NCBI RefSeq assembly: GCF_006345805.1
Contig: NC_043005.1
Span: forward strand, 27,404,001-27,468,000
DNA length: 64,000 bases
Reading direction: 5' to 3'
Source of the DNA: Octopus sinensis
Lineage: Eukaryota
Shown here one piece after another: positions 12,603 through 24,002 of the stretch. The notes beneath the pieces are model-generated. The model saw nothing but the letters and a program-made list of their open reading frames with translations, did no database searches and was not told the DNA's origin. Each line of letters starts with the position of its first letter. Within the stretch, counting starts at the first letter, position 1. Made by a program: the position numbers and the translations under genes.

Positions 12603-12847
12603 TATAAGGCAAGAAGAAAATGGAGGGAATCCAGGTGGTATTCATCAGCTGTTAGACATTATATTATGTCTATTTATTTATTTAAAACAGTTTTGATAAT
12701 ATAGATACATTTGTAAAGTAGAAATTACTAGTACTTTACAAATGTATATACATTATCAGAACTGTTTTAAATAAATAAATAGACATAATATAATGTCTAA
12801 CAGCTGATGAATACTACCTCTGGATTCCCTCCATTTTCTGCTTGCCT

Positions 12848-12851
<4 letters not shown>
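12603..12851. repeat. Long foldback inverted repeat (arms about 118-120 bp, 11-nt loop)
   Basis: 12603-12720 is the reverse complement of 12732-12851 with only about 7 differences; loop gaaattactag. Confidence 0.95.
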
Positions 12852-12880
<29 letters not shown>

Positions 12881-12997
12881 TATATATATATAAAATGTCC
12901 AACTCATACCAGCATGGACAACAGACATTAAATGATGATGATATAATGAAAAGTATGCATAGATAACTCAAGAAATATATATATAAATATATAACAT

Positions 12998-13033
<36 letters not shown>

Positions 13034-13774
13034 GTCAGTCTAAGTAGCTCTCCACACAGAAACAGCATATTCAAAAAGTCTCCTGTTGAATTAATAGGTG
13101 TAAATAAATAAAGAAAGAAAAAGAAAAAGAGATGAAAAACTGAAATAGAGCAAAAAATAGCAATGTAAACAACATGAAGATTACACATAATTATAGTATG
13201 GACATCTATCATTCAATCAGCAGCTTTGTTGATCTAATTAAACTTAATTACCACTATACATCACTTAGTGGTTGATTGTTGCAATGGCTTGGTTGTAGAT
13301 AAAGCCATTATCTTATCTTAGTCATGGGGATAGAATGTGCCATCAGCACATGTTAGGCTTACAATGGTTCCAGTCTTGTGGAGCCTAATATCAATGACAA
13401 AAGGGAGACGAGTATATACCTTGGTGTGATAAATATGGTCATTGTTATACAATTGTTATGGTGGTGAAAGGAAATTCTTGTAGCGTTTGTTTTAATTCTC
13501 TGTGATCTGTGTTCAAATCTTATCAGGCTCAACTTTGCTTTTTATCCTTTTGGGGGTGTTGATAGACAAGATCCACTCCAAGGTAGTGAATTCACAGACT
13601 AATTAGAAAAGTCTGGGGAGATGCCTTGTGGTATCCATTTTGGTTCCTTGTGTTCTGAAGGTAACATCTATGATGACACTTGTGCCAGGATGTCTTGGAC
13701 CATGTTGGTAGAATTTCTTTCAGATAAACACTAGTGTCATAGAAAAGAGAGGCCTTCATGCATCAACACCCTAT

Positions 13775-13925
13775 GTCATCATCGAACATCCGTCGTCCAT
13801 GCTGGCATGGATTGGACAGTTTGACCAGGGCTAGTAAGCTGAGGGGCCAGAGACCAGACTCCAGCCTGAACTGGCATGGCTTCTACAGCTCAATACCCTT
13901 CCTAATACTAACCACTCTAAGAGCA
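13775..13925 (-). mobile_element. RTE 3'-UTR copy (family C), old
   Basis: tcatcatcgaacatccgtcgtccatgctggcatgggattggacag...cccttcctaatactaaccactc. Confidence 0.75.
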
Positions 13926-14087
13926 TAATTCACTCTGAGAGAAATTCACAATGCATTTTAAAATGTATTGAATTCTTTGTGTAGTGGTCTTCCTAATCAT
14001 TCAATAAACTTTATCATACATATATGTATGTGTGTGTGTGTGTGTGTGTGTATGTGTTCACACACAAACACATACATACATACATAC

Positions 14088-14138
<51 letters not shown>

Positions 14139-14157
14139 TTAGTTAGATAGATAGATA
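14088..14157. repeat. (GATA)n tetranucleotide microsatellite
   Basis: tagatagataga... run. Confidence 0.95.
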
Positions 14158-14955
14158 ACTCCACCTAGCATGATAAGAAACTCCCTCAATTTGCTACTTT
14201 CAGCTAAGTTTTGAGTTCTCTTTACTTCATCTTCGCTGACACAACCCTCAAAAGTACAAACCATGTCAACATTCCAGTATCAAAGTAATGACTGAAGATT
14301 TCCTGTATATAAGTAGACAGACAGTCCCTCCTCCTTATACTGGCAGACATATAGAGGTGAGATTATGGTAGGTAAGTAAAAAGATAGGTAGGCACACACA
14401 CACATACACACATAGGTTGATAGACAGATAGAGAAATAGATAGGTGAATAGGTAGGTTATGAGATAGATATAGACAGACCTGGACACATATACACATAGC
14501 TAGCTAGCTAGCTAGCTAGATAGATAGGTAGGTAGACAGCTAGACAGACAGATACCCAGCCTGAAGTCTCTGATACAATTACAGGAATAGGGTGGGGTTG
14601 TGGAGGTGATTTCATTTATCTGAGGTGTTTTACATTATATGAAGAACAACAAGAAACCTGACCCTCCCTAGCTTCTCCCCTCTCTTTGTAAACTGATTCT
14701 AATGGTTGTTGGATGAATGCCATGGTAGAAGATAGAGCAATTTCATATCTGATAGGGAAGGAGGAAGAGAAGAGGTACTGTGGGGGCTAGAGTCAGTGGG
14801 TGGGGAATGAGAAGAGGGAGTGAATGGATGTTGTTATAGTAACATGCCTCACATGAGAGAAACAGACTGAGAGAGAGAGGGGGGAAGGAGGCAGGGAGGG
14901 GAAGAGAGATACAGTATACACAGTATTCCTTACACCAACTCTGACCAACACAACA

Positions 14956-15021
14956 TTACCAAAGGCCAATACAACACTATACCCTTACCAAAGGCCAATA
15001 CAACACTATACCCTAACCAAA
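14956..15021. repeat. 29-bp tandem duplication
   Basis: ttaccaaaggccaatacaacactataccc x2 plus a partial third copy. Confidence 0.9.
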
Positions 15022-16213
15022 AAGTACAACAGAAGTTATCTCCATTCATTTCTTGTTTCCAGAGTTCAAGCAATACTAGAGGGAGTTTTTATCTATGAAT
15101 CATTTAGATAATCTCAGCTGAGCAAACTTTTATATCTCATTGTATTATTTATGTAAACCCTACCATATTTCTATTTAGTATGGAGGTGTTTTTGCCTCTG
15201 GGATATTCCGCCTTCTTCTCTCATTTTGTTGATGAGGGACACCCCCTTATCCCATTTTAATGATTTTCATAATCAACTACACTCCCCCTATTTCCCTATA
15301 TACTTATCATGTTTAAGTCTTGCCTTGAGAGTAGAATAAAATGTGCTAAAGAGAGACACATGTGTCCAATGATTTCATTAGCTGGCTGAAGCCTTTTGCT
15401 GTTACATTTCAACTGAAAAATACATGTCTTTTGAAAATAATGAAGAATTTAGGAAAGTAACTTTGTCATTTCTAATCTAGTGTGTGGAATATAAATGAAA
15501 ATAAAATTTTGAAGGAAGATTTTAATTTTGGTCACTTTAAAACAGAGAGTTTGTATCATAAAATTGCTGAGGCAGGTAGTATTGGGCAGTGTGGTGTCAA
15601 AAGGATTAAAGCCTAGATCCACTTTATTTTGCATTGTTTGTAGTGTCCAAAAATTTCAATTATCTGAGCTAATCAGAGTTCTCTCCCCTGCTTATTTTTT
15701 AGATTTCAAACACTGCTACATATAGAGTTCTTTGTTCTACTAGTTGCTAAGATAATCTTGTTTCATCAAAGATTTTCAACTCTGCTATATTACATATGTG
15801 AGACCCTGCCAGCTCAGCTGTTTCATCTACTACCCTGTTCATTCAGCCATTCTGTGCAAGTCTTCCTCTACCCGTCCTCCTACCCCACCTCCTCATAATA
15901 CCAGAGCATGGATATTTTGGGAAGAGGACAAAGAAAGGAAGAATGTGGGAGGAGGAGATAAGAAAGCTGAACAGTAATAAAGTCAAGACTGTACACACTG
16001 AAAGGGGTGTCATTAGACCATAATTACAATACACAATGCTATTGTTGATCCTGAGGTGGTGGTGGTGGTGGTACTTAGTAAGCTAAATGCAACTGAATAT
16101 ATGATTAAATTTAGACAACACAAAAGGGTCTCCTGATATATATAACTAAAAATATGTGGTGAATATATATTGGTCAGTTGGTTTATATAACTAATGGTTT
16201 ATATTTAATAGAG

Positions 16214-16390
16214 AAGACATGAAATTGGCAGAATCGTTAGCAAGTCAGTCAAAATGCTTAGCAGCAGTTCTTCTGGTTCTTTAATATTCCGAGTTTAAAT
16301 CTCCCCCCACCCCTTTGGGGTTAATAAAATACAGTACTGGGGTCAGTGTAATTGACTTGCCCTCTCTCCTTAAAATTTCTGGCCGTGCAC
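16214..16390 (+). mobile_element. SINE family B, old
   Basis: ttggcagaatcgttagc...ccgagtttaaat...cagtactggggtcagtgtaattgac. Confidence 0.75.
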
Positions 16391-16494
16391 TCTGCAATGG
16401 ACTGGCTTCCTGTTCAGGGGGAATAAAGAGATCTGTCATTTAAATGCCAAGGAAACCAGGTAACTGACCTTAGGAGTCCTAGGGATCAAGAATC

Positions 16495-16770
16495 ATCATC
16501 ATCATCATATCATTTAATGTCCACTTTCCATACTGGCATGGGTTGGATGGTTTGACTGAGTGCTGGTAAGCCAGAGGCTGCACCAGGCTCAATCTGATCT
16601 GGCAAAGCTTCTACAGCTGGATGCCCTTCCTGATGCCAACCACTCCAAGAGTGTAGTGGGTGCTTTTATGTGACACCGGCACGAAGGACAGTCAGGCGGT
16701 TCTGGCAACGACCATGCTCAAAAGGTGTTTTTTACATACTACCTGTACAGGAGCCTGGCATTGACCACAC
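16495..16770 (-). mobile_element. RTE 3'-UTR copy (family C)
   Basis: (CAT)n then ttaatgtccactttccatactggcatgggttggatgg...gcccttcctgatgccaaccactcc. Confidence 0.85.
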
Positions 16771-16861
16771 TCAATTTTTTTTTTTTTTTGTTAGAGAATG
16801 ATATTCAACCCTTGCCAGCATGGAAAATAGACATTAAATAATGATGATGATACACACATTC

Positions 16862-17005
16862 TTTCTCGCTTTATTTCCTCTTATTCCTTTCTGTTGAAGA
16901 GCTTAGGCTCAAAATGTAAATGACTTTTCCATTTTTCCCAAGCATCAAACTAATACACCTGTCTTCATCTTTTGTTTTTCTATCAGTTTCAACTACACAC
17001 ACATA
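16862..17005 (+). mobile_element. Penelope-like terminal repeat fragment with decayed hammerhead motif
   Basis: Homologous to 62900-63045 (minus); ccttt-ctgttga-a-gagc-ttag-gctc-aaa-atgt-a-aatg at 16886-16922. Confidence 0.6.
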
Positions 17006-17189
17006 TATATATGTATAGTTAATCCAGACATGAACAAAGAGAAAACACAACAATGCGAGGACGTGGAACAAGTATAGTGTTATTGGATGCTCAGAAAAGG
17101 AAAGAAAATATACTAAATAGAGAAAGGTCTCATCTGTTGAGTTATATAAAGACATGTAGAAGGAACAGCTAGCAGTAACAGCATCCTTG

Positions 17190-17940
17190 GAATATAGAAA
17201 TATAAGGCTCTCTAGAAGTAGCCGCTAGCTTCTGTTACCAAGGTAATATAACAAGCAATGGAGGTGAGTGTTTAGTAAAAAAAAGGAACTAGAAGAAGAG
17301 CGGAATGGGAAAATAAAAATCAGTGAACTAAAATAACCTCAATTGGCAACAAAAATTCTGTCACTGAACAAAAGACAGATTGTATAATGCCTATGGATGA
17401 AGTATGGAATACTGAATGGTAGCAAAATATGGATATTTGTCCAGTAAACTCTATAAAGATGTTGGTCATAGGAAGGACATTAAGTCAGAGAAACCATGTC
17501 AAAAATGAAATATGTAATTGTATTGAAAGTAGAGGAAAATACAGAGTGGACAAAAATGAAGCGAACATGCTTAACTGGATGTGAAATCTTAGTGAGTACG
17601 AAGGGGAAAGAGCACAAATGAACCGAGGGAAAATTCGAATATAAAAAGGAATCAGAGATAAATTATAAGATTATTGGAGCACGATAAAAAGCTATGATGG
17701 TATGGATATGGGATCAGTATGGAGAATGAGAGTTGGGTGAAGAAATATCAGTTAATTGAATTTTCAGAAGTTCACAGTTAATGGAAATTACAGAAAAAAA
17801 AAAACTTAAAGAAGCATACGAAGAAATGGTGAAGAGCAATCTTAAGATGGAACTTCATAAAAGGTCCAAGAGGTGGTGCTAGAAAAGACCTGTTCAACCC
17901 ATATAGTTATGGGAAAAGAGCATAAAAGGTTGAAAATGAT
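17190..17940 (+). pseudogene. Heavily decayed RTE-clade LINE 3' fragment
   Basis: gctagcttctgttaccaaggt (DSF(R/C)YLG-like) and aatgaagcgaacatgcttaactggatgtg (NEASMLRWMC-like), collinear with the 38200-38780 RTE; ends in a degraded caacccat...gggaaaa tail. Confidence 0.6.
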
Positions 17941-18554
17941 AAATATATAGTCATAAACCGTTTACTATATTATTAATGAAATATAGTTTCTGTTATAATT
18001 AACTTTGAAAATAATGAAGAATTCAGTAAAGCAACTTTGCCATTTTAAGACTGCTATCTGAAACATAAATTAGCATGTAATTATGATGGGAGATTTTAAT
18101 AAAGATCACATTCAAACAGGAACTTTGTATCATAGGAACAGGGGCAACGGGTTGGTGTCACAAAAGTTAAATAAAATCAGGTACTGTAGTTTCAATTCAA
18201 GAATTCAAGATTTGCTGTCAGTTTGAAATTTCAACTCAACATTTTGATAAAAGTGAAATCTCACCCCCACCCCTGTTAGCTGGCAGACAAGAAAGAAAAT
18301 AATGAAAGAACTGAATAAAAATGACATTAATGTTGGCTATCTTTGAATTAAATCCAAGTCATGTTAGAGTGGTCTTATTTAGAATTTTTATCTTCAGTTT
18401 CAAAACACAATTTGCAAATTCATGTTCTTTTATCAAAGTTAACAAGGCTTAGATGATGATGATGATGATGATAAATCACAAGGGTAGTTGAAAAGGAAGG
18501 CAAGAAATAAATACAAGATAGCCTGACTTTGGAAGATGAAAAAGGTGAAGATAG

Positions 18555-18805
18555 TGCCAATTATTTACATTTTTTACATTTGACGAATATTAGTCCTCAT
18601 CTTGTTTGTTGTAAATGTTTCAGCTGATATACCCTCCAGCCTTTATCAGGTGTCTTGGGGAAATTTCAAACCTGGGTTCTCGTTCCTAAGGTATTTTTCA
18701 ATGCTGTTGTTATTATTATTATTATTATTATTATTCAGGTAACTGCCTGGAATCTTGGGGTTAGTAGCCCATGCTCTTAACCACTATGTCATATGCCTGT
18801 GGGCA
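18555..18805 (-). mobile_element. Family F: tRNA-like head + (AAT)n + hammerhead-like tail
   Basis: Reverse complement: ggcatatgacatagtggttaagagcatgggctactaacccc..., then gacacctgataaaggctggagggtatatcagctgaaac; homologous to 39648-39900. Confidence 0.75.
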
Positions 18806-18811
18806 TATAGA

Positions 18812-19060
18812 ACAGTGCCAATTATCGTTGGAGCTTTCAGGACAGTATAAAAAGTTATTGAGAGGAACATAAAGGAAATAGGAACAGAGTGCCCAGTTGA
18901 ACTGTGGCAAAAAGTTTGCCTCCTTGGCACAGCCACAATCACCAGGAAAGTATTAGGAAGTTGCAGGGTACAAATAGCATGGTACTGTAGGCAGCAAGCC
19001 CACTATGCATGCAAGATTCCAAGAGTTCCAACAAAACCTGAATTAAAAAAATAATTTGAA
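18812..19060 (+). pseudogene. R4/Dong-like RLE non-LTR retrotransposon, C-terminal fragment and 3' UTR
   Basis: Translates TVPIIVGAFRTV*KVIERNIKEIGTECPVELWQKVCLLGTATITRKVL, matching the PIxxGAxG...LQKxxLLGTAxIxRKVL end of R4-clade ORFs; followed by (AAT)n. Confidence 0.7.
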
Positions 19061-19074
19061 ACCAATAATAATAA

Positions 19075-19700
19075 TCCTTTCTGCTGTAGGCACAAGGCCT
19101 GAAATTTGGAGGAAGGGATTAAATCAATTACATTGACCCCAATGTATAACGGGTATTTATTTAATCCACTTTGAAAGGATGAAAGGCAAAGTTGACATTG
19201 GTGGAATTTGAACTCAGAATGTAGTGACGGGCGAAATACTGCTAAGCATTTCGTCCAGCGTGCTAACAATTCTGCCAGCTCACCACCTTAACAATAATAA
19301 TAATAATAATAATAATCCTTTCTACTATAGGCACAAAGTTTGAAATTTTGGGGGAGTGAACTAGTCGAATACATTGACCCCAGCGCATAACACTCATTTT
19401 ACTGACTCCAAGAGGATGGAAAAAGTCGACCTAGTGAAATTTGAACCCAACACATAGAGCTTGAAGAAGCACCACAAAGCATTTTGTCCAAGTTGCTACT
19501 GATTCAATCAACTCGCTCATCTGACAACAACAATTCCTTTTACTATACAAATAAGGCCCGAAATTTTGGGAGAGGGAGCTCCGCGATTATGCTGACCCCA
19601 GAGTTCACCTGGTAACTGTTTTAGTGACCCCCAACAGGATGAAAGGCAAAGTTGTCTTTGACCAGATTCGAACCCAAAATATAAAAGATGTAGCTAAAAA
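19075..19700 (-). mobile_element. Cluster of three tandem SINE family B copies
   Basis: Copies at about 19075-19289, 19316-19520 and 19546-19700, each starting (plus strand) aatcctttc/ttactataggcacaagg, separated by (AAT)n/(AAC)n. Confidence 0.85.
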
Positions 19701-19985
19701 CAAAAAAAAAACAAAAATGATGCATGCACTTAGTTCAGTGCTCCACCGATTATTCTACTGTACTAACAATAACAACAACACAAACCTACAAAAGCAGACA
19801 GAAGAAAGGAGCTGGGCTTATTGCTGTTTTGTTCAGCCGCAGATCCATTCTGCTGAAGCCATTCCAGCTGTGACCATCCAGTCAGTTTCTCTTCTTCTCA
19901 CACAGTGACTCTGTGACTGCATTAAGTAATGTGAGTTTTTTTTTTTTTTCTCTCTAAGTGTAATTTGAGTGAGCTTCGGCTGCTA

Positions 19986-20097
19986 TTTCTAGTAAGTTGC
20001 ACAACTTACTAGAAACCAACAGGGAGAGCTGACGTCATAATGAGGGTGTGATAGGCATTACGTGCTGTGGGTGTCAGGTAATGATTGGGTGGATTGG
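19986..20097. promoter_or_regulatory. Candidate cis-regulatory cluster: 14-bp palindrome, CRE, two CCAAT boxes
   Basis: tttctagtaagttg-ca-caacttactagaaa (19986-20015); TGACGTCA (20030-20037); ttacgtg (20058-20064); ATTGG at 20084 and 20093. Confidence 0.3.
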
Positions 20098-21498
20098 CAG
20101 AGGGAGGGAGATTTAATGAGAAATGTTCGTTTGAAATGTTCACACGGAAGAAAAAAAAAATAAATATATATATACTATATATACTTTACGTGAATTTATA
20201 TACTTCACAAATGTGTGTGTAATGACAGGGAAAAGACATAAAAGAAAAATGCTGATTATATAAATATAGATGTGTGTGTGTGTGTGTGAACTGGTTATTT
20301 GATATTGCTTTTCAAATGTATTTTGAGAAGTCACAACAAAGACACAGTTTCAACTTGAACTAAGGTGTATAATGTTTATGTAGAAATGAAGATTTGTGTG
20401 TGTGAGTGCGTGTGGTTTTGTATGTACATGTGTAACCTGCCTGAGATTGACCCTGGTTCTAAAATGAAAAAAAGAAATTTCGTTTAAATGTGATCTGAAT
20501 TAAAACTTTATATGAAAATGTTATAATTAATTTATGCTTAAAACAGCAGTTTAATAATGGCAAATTTATTTTATTAAATTCTACATTATTTTCAAAATTA
20601 ACTGAGACAAAGGTAATGTTTCTGGGCAGAAATGTGATAACAAGAGTCGAGGATGCCAACTAACATCCTAAGTACAACCCAACAATGGGCGACTCTACAA
20701 CTTTCTTTTTGTAGGGGGACTGATAACATATTAAGCTTTTTGTTGCCATAATTCAGTCGAAATACACTTCTTTTGTTTCAACTAATTTTGAAAATAATGA
20801 AAGATAACTTTGACATCTATTAAGCTTGTGTTCAGAACAGACATCGACATGTAAATTTAGTGCAAAGTTTTAATTTAAAACTGAGGAAGTTTGTTTCAAA
20901 GACCCAGGGACAGTATCAGGCAGATTTGTATGAAAAGAGTTTAAGACGCAAATGCTGACTAAGCAGAAAAAAAGCGAGAGAAAAAAAAAACTAGATTAAA
21001 AATTCACTTATCTTCCAGGCAATCCTTTAAGCCATACCCAACAACTATATTACCAAATATAACCTGTTTTTAAGTTTGTTTTCTTAACACTAAAAAAATC
21101 TATAAACAATATATGTACAAGATTTACTTGTAACTGGGGCAACAGGAAAAAAAAATACAAATTGAACATTTTTCGTTTCTTTTCATTTTCTCTTTTTTTT
21201 TTCTTTCATAAAATCTGTTATAAAGGAAAAATACAAATCGAAAAATTTATTGAAAATGATTCTTTGAAAAGTAATCTATATTAGTGGTAATTTATAAAAA
21301 AAAAAAAAGTAATTCTAAAGAAATATTATTTCTATTAAACAAAACACCTTTTAATTCATTTGTTTCAATCCTTAAAAGGATAAAAAAAGACACAAAATAA
21401 TGAATTTTATTGCTAACTTAGAACTTAATACTTAAACGCTTTCGTTATCAACCTGCCAGAGACTGCCCCTTATTCTATTATACAAACTTGCTATTTAA

Positions 21499-21721
21499 CC
21501 CTTTCGTTACCAACCTGGCTGAAACCACCTCTGGCTCTGTAATACAAATGCCTTGTTTTCATTAGTTTTGAATTAAAATCTTCCACCAAACCTTAGTGAC
21601 AATTTATGTTTGTAAGACTAGCTTAATGAATAACTAAGTTATTTTACTAAATTCTTTAGTATATTTAAAATCAATTGAAAGGAACACAGAGCATCTCAAA
21701 ATAAATACAGGAACAAAAGGG
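21499..21721. mobile_element. piggyBac-like MITE
   Basis: TTAA|ccctttcgttacc ... ggaacaaaaggg|TTAA; TTAA on both sides and CCC/GGG termini; related degenerate copies near 15430-15610, 17965-18170, 20460-20945 and 46267-46484. Confidence 0.8.
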
Positions 21722-21771
21722 TTAAATATTTTGTGGGTAATAAAGAAATCATTATTATCATTATTATTTTT

Positions 21772-22030
21772 CTACAATAGGCACAAGGCCTAAAATTATT
21801 TTGAATATTGTGCCACCCCAAAATTTCAGGCTTTGTGTGTATTGTAGAAGAGATTATTTTTATTATTACTAAGGCAGAATCAATGGCAGATTTGACAAAT
21901 TTTATTTTTCTGTCTTTCAGGATTAGTAAAAATAAAGTACCAGTCAAGTACTGAGGTCAATGTAATTAATTAATTAATTAATTAACCCCCCCCCCCGGCC
22001 CAAATTCCTAGCCCTATGCCAGTTTAGAAA
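21772..22030. mobile_element. SINE family B fragments (inverted tail pair plus a deleted plus-strand copy)
   Basis: ttctacaataggcacaaggcctaaaatt ... aaatttcaggctttgtgtgtattgtagaa, then aaggcagaatc...aagtaccagtcaagtactgaggtcaatgtaatt. Confidence 0.65.
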
Positions 22031-22045
22031 TAGTTGTTGCATATG

Positions 22046-22086
<41 letters not shown>

Positions 22087-24002
22087 TGTGTCTCCATTTT
22101 TTTCATTTATTGTTGAAGCCCCCTTTTTTGTAGGGTCTTTTTCATGGGACCTTGGTACAGCTATTTCATTTGCACCATGGTTAAGTATAACACTGGAAAA
22201 AATACAACCATGTAGATGTTCATGGGGACACACACACACATAAAAAAAAACACATGCATGTGTGTGCATAATGTAGCTAGAGAAACTAGACGTGATTTTA
22301 TAGACAAATTAACACACACACCACATGTTCAATTTTATCATTCCTTCATCTAATACCCATTTATTTCATGCTAGTATACATGTGTGTATGTATGTATGTA
22401 TGTACAGACACTCATATGCATATATGAATACATACACACATATACACGGCTCTAATATGGAATAAATACCAAAACAACAAAACATCGGGGGGGGGGGGGC
22501 GAAGAATGCATGGATTGGTAGCGGTGGTGGTGATGGTTGTGGAGGGAGCTGTAATTTTTTTATTTCTTTATTTGTTTATTGTGGTTATTTGTAGGATTGA
22601 AAATGAGACCTGGTCTCTATAATTTGGGGACAGAACTGCAGACACACACACACACACACACATGCAAACCAACATACAGTCATGGTTATTATTGTCATCA
22701 AGTGAAATCCTGTCCATTAAACACCATGTCCACCACAACCACAACCACCACCACCACCAACAACAACTACTATGTGGTGAATGGGCCGCCACTTCCACCA
22801 CCGCTACCACGACCACCACTGCCAGCCAAAAATAATCATTTAATAGCTAGCTATATATATTAGTTAAATTGCACATTTGATGACTAAACTAAACTCTATA
22901 CCATTAGATGCAGTAATAATGGTAGCCGTGGCAAAAACCACCTGTTACTAATCACAAAATCCACAAATACCATATTACAGCTAGACTAAGCTTTGCTGAT
23001 AAGGTATAAGGCTGAAACATGAGCAGAGTTATCATTACTGTACTACAAAAGATTAATGTCACTCTGCAGTGCATTCCATTTTATATTAATTTAAATTCCA
23101 GGATTATCTCCCATGACTTTCTTGAGCAGAGTTAATCATTTGACTAATGAGCTTTTCCCTTTCCTTCATTGCCAAAAGCATCTGTTTATTTGTTCAAATT
23201 AAATCCATTTGTTGTTGCGTACCTAGACAAATGGGTTAAGCAAATATGTTATTGAATATTTGGTTGAGATACAGGGTAGTTGATGTTAGGAAGAGCATCC
23301 AGGTATAAAAACCATGCCAAAACAGACACAGAAGCATGGTGCAGGCTTCTACCTGGCCTGCTTCTGTCTAACTGTCCAACCCATAGCAGCATGGAAGGAG
23401 GACGATGAAGATGAGATATACATGTTTAGATGTATGTATACATATGGACATAGATATATGCCTGTTTCTATCCCTCTGTCACACTCTAACTTCTCATCAC
23501 CTAGCACAAGACCACATCCTCCAATAACCCACTTCTCAAAAGATCTTTGTCTTGCAAGTTACTTGGTGACGTCCACCAGTGCTGGTGCCCTGTAAGAAGC
23601 ATTCAATCCACACTCTGCACATTTTCAGTGTTTATTGCTCCTGAGCATCTGCCACATACAAAAACTATCTTCCCAGTTAGCCTTCCTTTGATGTTGCTGC
23701 ACCTCTTACGTGTCCATAGATTACAGCTTACACTGGGTACATCTTATATACATATATCTAAATTGAGAGAACAAAGCAGGTAAAATCCGGGCTACATATG
23801 TTTCCTAGCTAGCAGAACCTCTGATGCAATGATTAGTCATTGAGGGGTACTCCACCAGCTACTCACCAAGCTGAAGCTATCTTTATTCGCATTCATAGCA
23901 ACCGTAAATGCTAACCATGAATTATAAAATACAATTACATATATATATATATATATATATATATAAGAATATAAATAATATATAAATATATGCATAACAC
24001 CA

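Noticed and set aside
18812-19289. Idea that the R4/Dong-like element mobilises SINE B because both abut (AAT)n
   Set aside because: Polarity is opposite (the R4 sense strand ends in AAT repeats, SINE B sense ends in ATT repeats) and no convincing shared tail was found
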